From Octopus bimaculoides (taxonomy: Eukaryota): DNA of 64,000 bases. Positions 61,523-64,000 of this stretch are shown here, piece after piece. Both the position numbers and the translations under genes were made by a program. Where the stretch lies: the NCBI RefSeq assembly GCF_001194135.2, contig NC_068988.1, positions 87,578,972 to 87,642,971 of the forward strand, written 5' to 3'. Each line of letters opens with the position of its first letter. Within the stretch, counting starts at the first letter, position 1. The notes beneath the pieces are model-generated. The model had not been told where the DNA came from and made no database searches. It saw nothing but the letters and a program-made list of their open reading frames with translations.

Positions 61523-61808
61523 TTAACCTATTACCTACCAGTGATCTCATATGAGATCACTTAAAAATTACAAATTTCGTAATTATCTGTCAATATTTAC
61601 ACATATCTAACCTTTTTGCTATATCTACTAGGTATATTTCTCTGATATTCAAATGAGGTTTGCTAATTTTTCACCCAATATCTCGCTTATTTCTATTTGA
61701 AATGTCATTTTGATCATTCCAGCGTGTTTCTAAGGCTGTTTTATGCTAGAAATCAAAGTTTCATAAAAAAAATTCTAGTTAATAGAATTATAGGAGGTAA
61801 TGGGTTAA
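61523..61808. mobile_element. piggyBac-like TTAA MITE (second family)
   Basis: TTAAcctattacct ... aggtaatgggTTAA, with a 22-bp perfect palindrome agtgatctcatatgagatcact near the left end. Confidence 0.72.
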
Positions 61809-62127
61809 TTTTGATTGACCACCTGATTAGTAGCAAAGTTGTGAAGGAAAGCAGATTGTTTTAACCATCATCCTTTGGAGATTTTTTTATAGTCCCTGAT
61901 ATCGTGATCATTTGTAAAGTAGGAATTAAGGATTTGCATTCTCTGCTCCAGACCTCGAAGTTCAGTTATACTTTGTTCCAGGGTACGTGTACCAGATTAT
62001 TGGATGTATTACAACATGCTTCTTATTCTTTCTTGACTGCACCTTCTTTTCCATCTTAGCAGCCAAGTAATATGATCTAAGCCAAGAATATATATATACA
62101 ATATGCATGTGTATATACATATATGTA

Positions 62128-62280
62128 TGGCGTTAGGAAGGGCATCCAGCTGTAGAAACTCTGCCAAATTAGATTGGAGCCTGGTGTAGCCATCCGGTTG
62201 CACCAGTCCTCAGTCAAATCGTCCAACCCATGCTAGCATGGAAAGCGGACGTTAAACGATGATGATGATGATGATGATGA
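62128..62280 (+). mobile_element. RTE-type 3'-tail repeat
   Basis: ggcgttaggaagggcatccagc...ggacgttaaac(gat)n. Confidence 0.85.
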
Positions 62281-62623
62281 TGTATATATATGTACAAGTG
62301 TATATGTATATGCATGTGTATGTATGTGTATATATACACACACAAATACATATATATATATATAATACACACACACAAATACATACATATAATACAAACA
62401 CACAAATACATACATATATATATATTTTTTTCTATGGGCTAAATATATATATATCTTATAGTAAAAATGGATACATAAGGGTGGAAAATCACAGGAACAA
62501 TACCATATGTCCAACGTAAGATACAATATGTGTGTTCAATTCTAGCTCATGCTGAGCACTTCAACTCTGCCCCGTCTTTATGTATTGTTATATTAACAAT
62601 ACATAATTATACAAAAATTACAG

Positions 62624-62654
<31 letters not shown>

Positions 62655-62834
62655 CACACACACACACAGATAATATAGCCACTCTTGATGGTATGGGCCT
62701 TACTCTGGATCAAGAATTCAGAGTTTATGTTCAAAGTTACTTGCTAAGAATAGTGTGTGAAATAAGAAAAATAACCCTTACGCAAAAAGTGAGTAAGGGT
62801 TAGCAACAGGAAGGGCACTTGGTTGCAAAACATT

Positions 62835-63290
62835 GTGTAACATGATTTTTGTCCTTGGGTAGCAACTGTTATTTCCTATTTGTTTACCCCTAGAAACTAT
62901 GAAAAATGGCTAATATTTCCATCAACCCATGCTTTTGTTACATCTATTCAAACCCTTAAGAATCCCTCTCAACACATGGCTATGATGCTCCACCACTATT
63001 CCTGCTCATGATCAGAGATCGTTAGCCACTAAGGGACATGCTTAAGTGGTTAAGGTTAAGCAACAGACAAACAAATCAGTGGTATTGAGCAGAATATTTA
63101 CTACAACGATATTTCTGCTTCAGCAACTCAGCGCTGAATCTGTCTGAAATGTAATAGAAAATAGGTCAGTTTCAAAACATTGATGTCCTGGTTACAAAAG
63201 CAAAGTTTGAAGGGAATAGTTGTTGTTTCCTTTGATTTCTAGATAGAAGTAAATAGGAAATAACACTCACTGACCAAAGACAAAAAATTT
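62835..63290. mobile_element. Non-autonomous TIR element, copy 2
   Basis: Left end tttttgtccttgggtagcaactgttatttcctattt is inverted relative to right end aaataggaaataacactcactgaccaaagacaaaaaa; homologous to 34372-34785. Confidence 0.7.
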
Positions 63291-63409
63291 TTTATTTTAA
63301 TTCTTACACAGTGTAATATATACAACTCACCCATACTAGCGTAAAAAAAAAAAAGTAAAATGAATAAACAAGGCTTTTTAAAGGAACATCATAAAGCACA
63401 CCCCTATTT

Positions 63410-64000
63410 TTTTTTTTTTTAATGGAAGTCTGTTGGGGTTCGACAATGACGTCAATGATGCTGGAGGTGGGAGCCGAGCCCAAAGGCGGACGCACAGACG
63501 TGGCCACATAACAGCAGAAGTAGGGGTTGGGGTTCCTCTCTTTTCTGGTCCAGGCTCTTGAGGCACTTTTCCTCAAACAGCCTAACACAGCTGGATGCCA
63601 GGCGCTGCGGTCAGAGGTAAGTGATTCCCAGCCATGGGTTAAAATGCCGCAGGCCTCAAGGGAGGTTCCCAGGCTGTCCTTGTATCGCCCCAGTGACCTT
63701 CCAGGGTTTCTCGCTCCAGGCGCCAGCTCGGAGAAGAAGATCAACTTTGGTAGATGCATGTCATCCATTCGGACTACATGTTTGACCCACCAGAGCTAGG
63801 CCTTCATGATGAGGGCTTCAATCCCGGGCATTTCGGCTCTGCGAAGCACCTCAGTGTTGGAGACCCTGTCCTCCCAGGAAATTCCTATGATTCGTCGTCG
63901 CAAGCAGCGGAGGTGGAACTGGTCAAATACTTGCATTTGCCTCCTATACAGCATCCACATCCCACAGCCGTATAGCAAAGAGGTGAGGACGACTGCCCTC
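63410..64000 (-). mobile_element. RTE (BovB-like) LINE 3' part, continuing beyond the window
   Basis: RAVVLTSLLYGC..W.LYRR...FHLRCLR.I.GISWEDRVSNTEVL..A..PGIEA; RMDD.HLPK.IFFSEL..G.R..GR...RYKD; degenerate CGHVCAS..GLGSH finger; A-rich end; frameshifted. Confidence 0.9.

Overview
Eukaryotic, AT-rich, microsatellite-dense scaffold segment with about 11 N-gaps. The SINE/RTE/MITE repertoire points to an octopus genome (inferred, not database-checked). The window holds one gene: a minus-strand tetraspanin reconstructed by hand from 8 coding exons (54813-54715, 36359-36159, 27056-26982, 13760-13641, 8297-8204, 7873-7731, 5911-5828, 2525-2448). The CDS is 894 nt / 297 aa, all introns are GT-AG with matching phases, and the protein has 4 TM segments and a 6-Cys CCG/PxSCC/GC large loop. 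The introns are packed with mobile elements: Tc1/mariner copies (DD36E, DD34D, DD37D), RTE and CR1-like LINE remnants, at least three tRNA-SINE families, piggyBac-like TTAA MITEs, a Tigger-like MITE and Penelope-type remnants with degenerate minimal hammerhead ribozyme motifs. The most notable observations are the hammerhead remnants, a gap-free 121-bp-arm intronic hairpin, a DD36E (Incomer-type) Tc1 element, loss of the usual TM3/TM4 polar residues in the tetraspanin, candidate alternative splicing, and several local inverted or tandem rearrangements. No CRISPR array, rRNA or bona fide tRNA gene was found. I found no convincing wholly new system, so the findings are leads. Repeat boundaries are approximate unless TIRs or TSDs are quoted.
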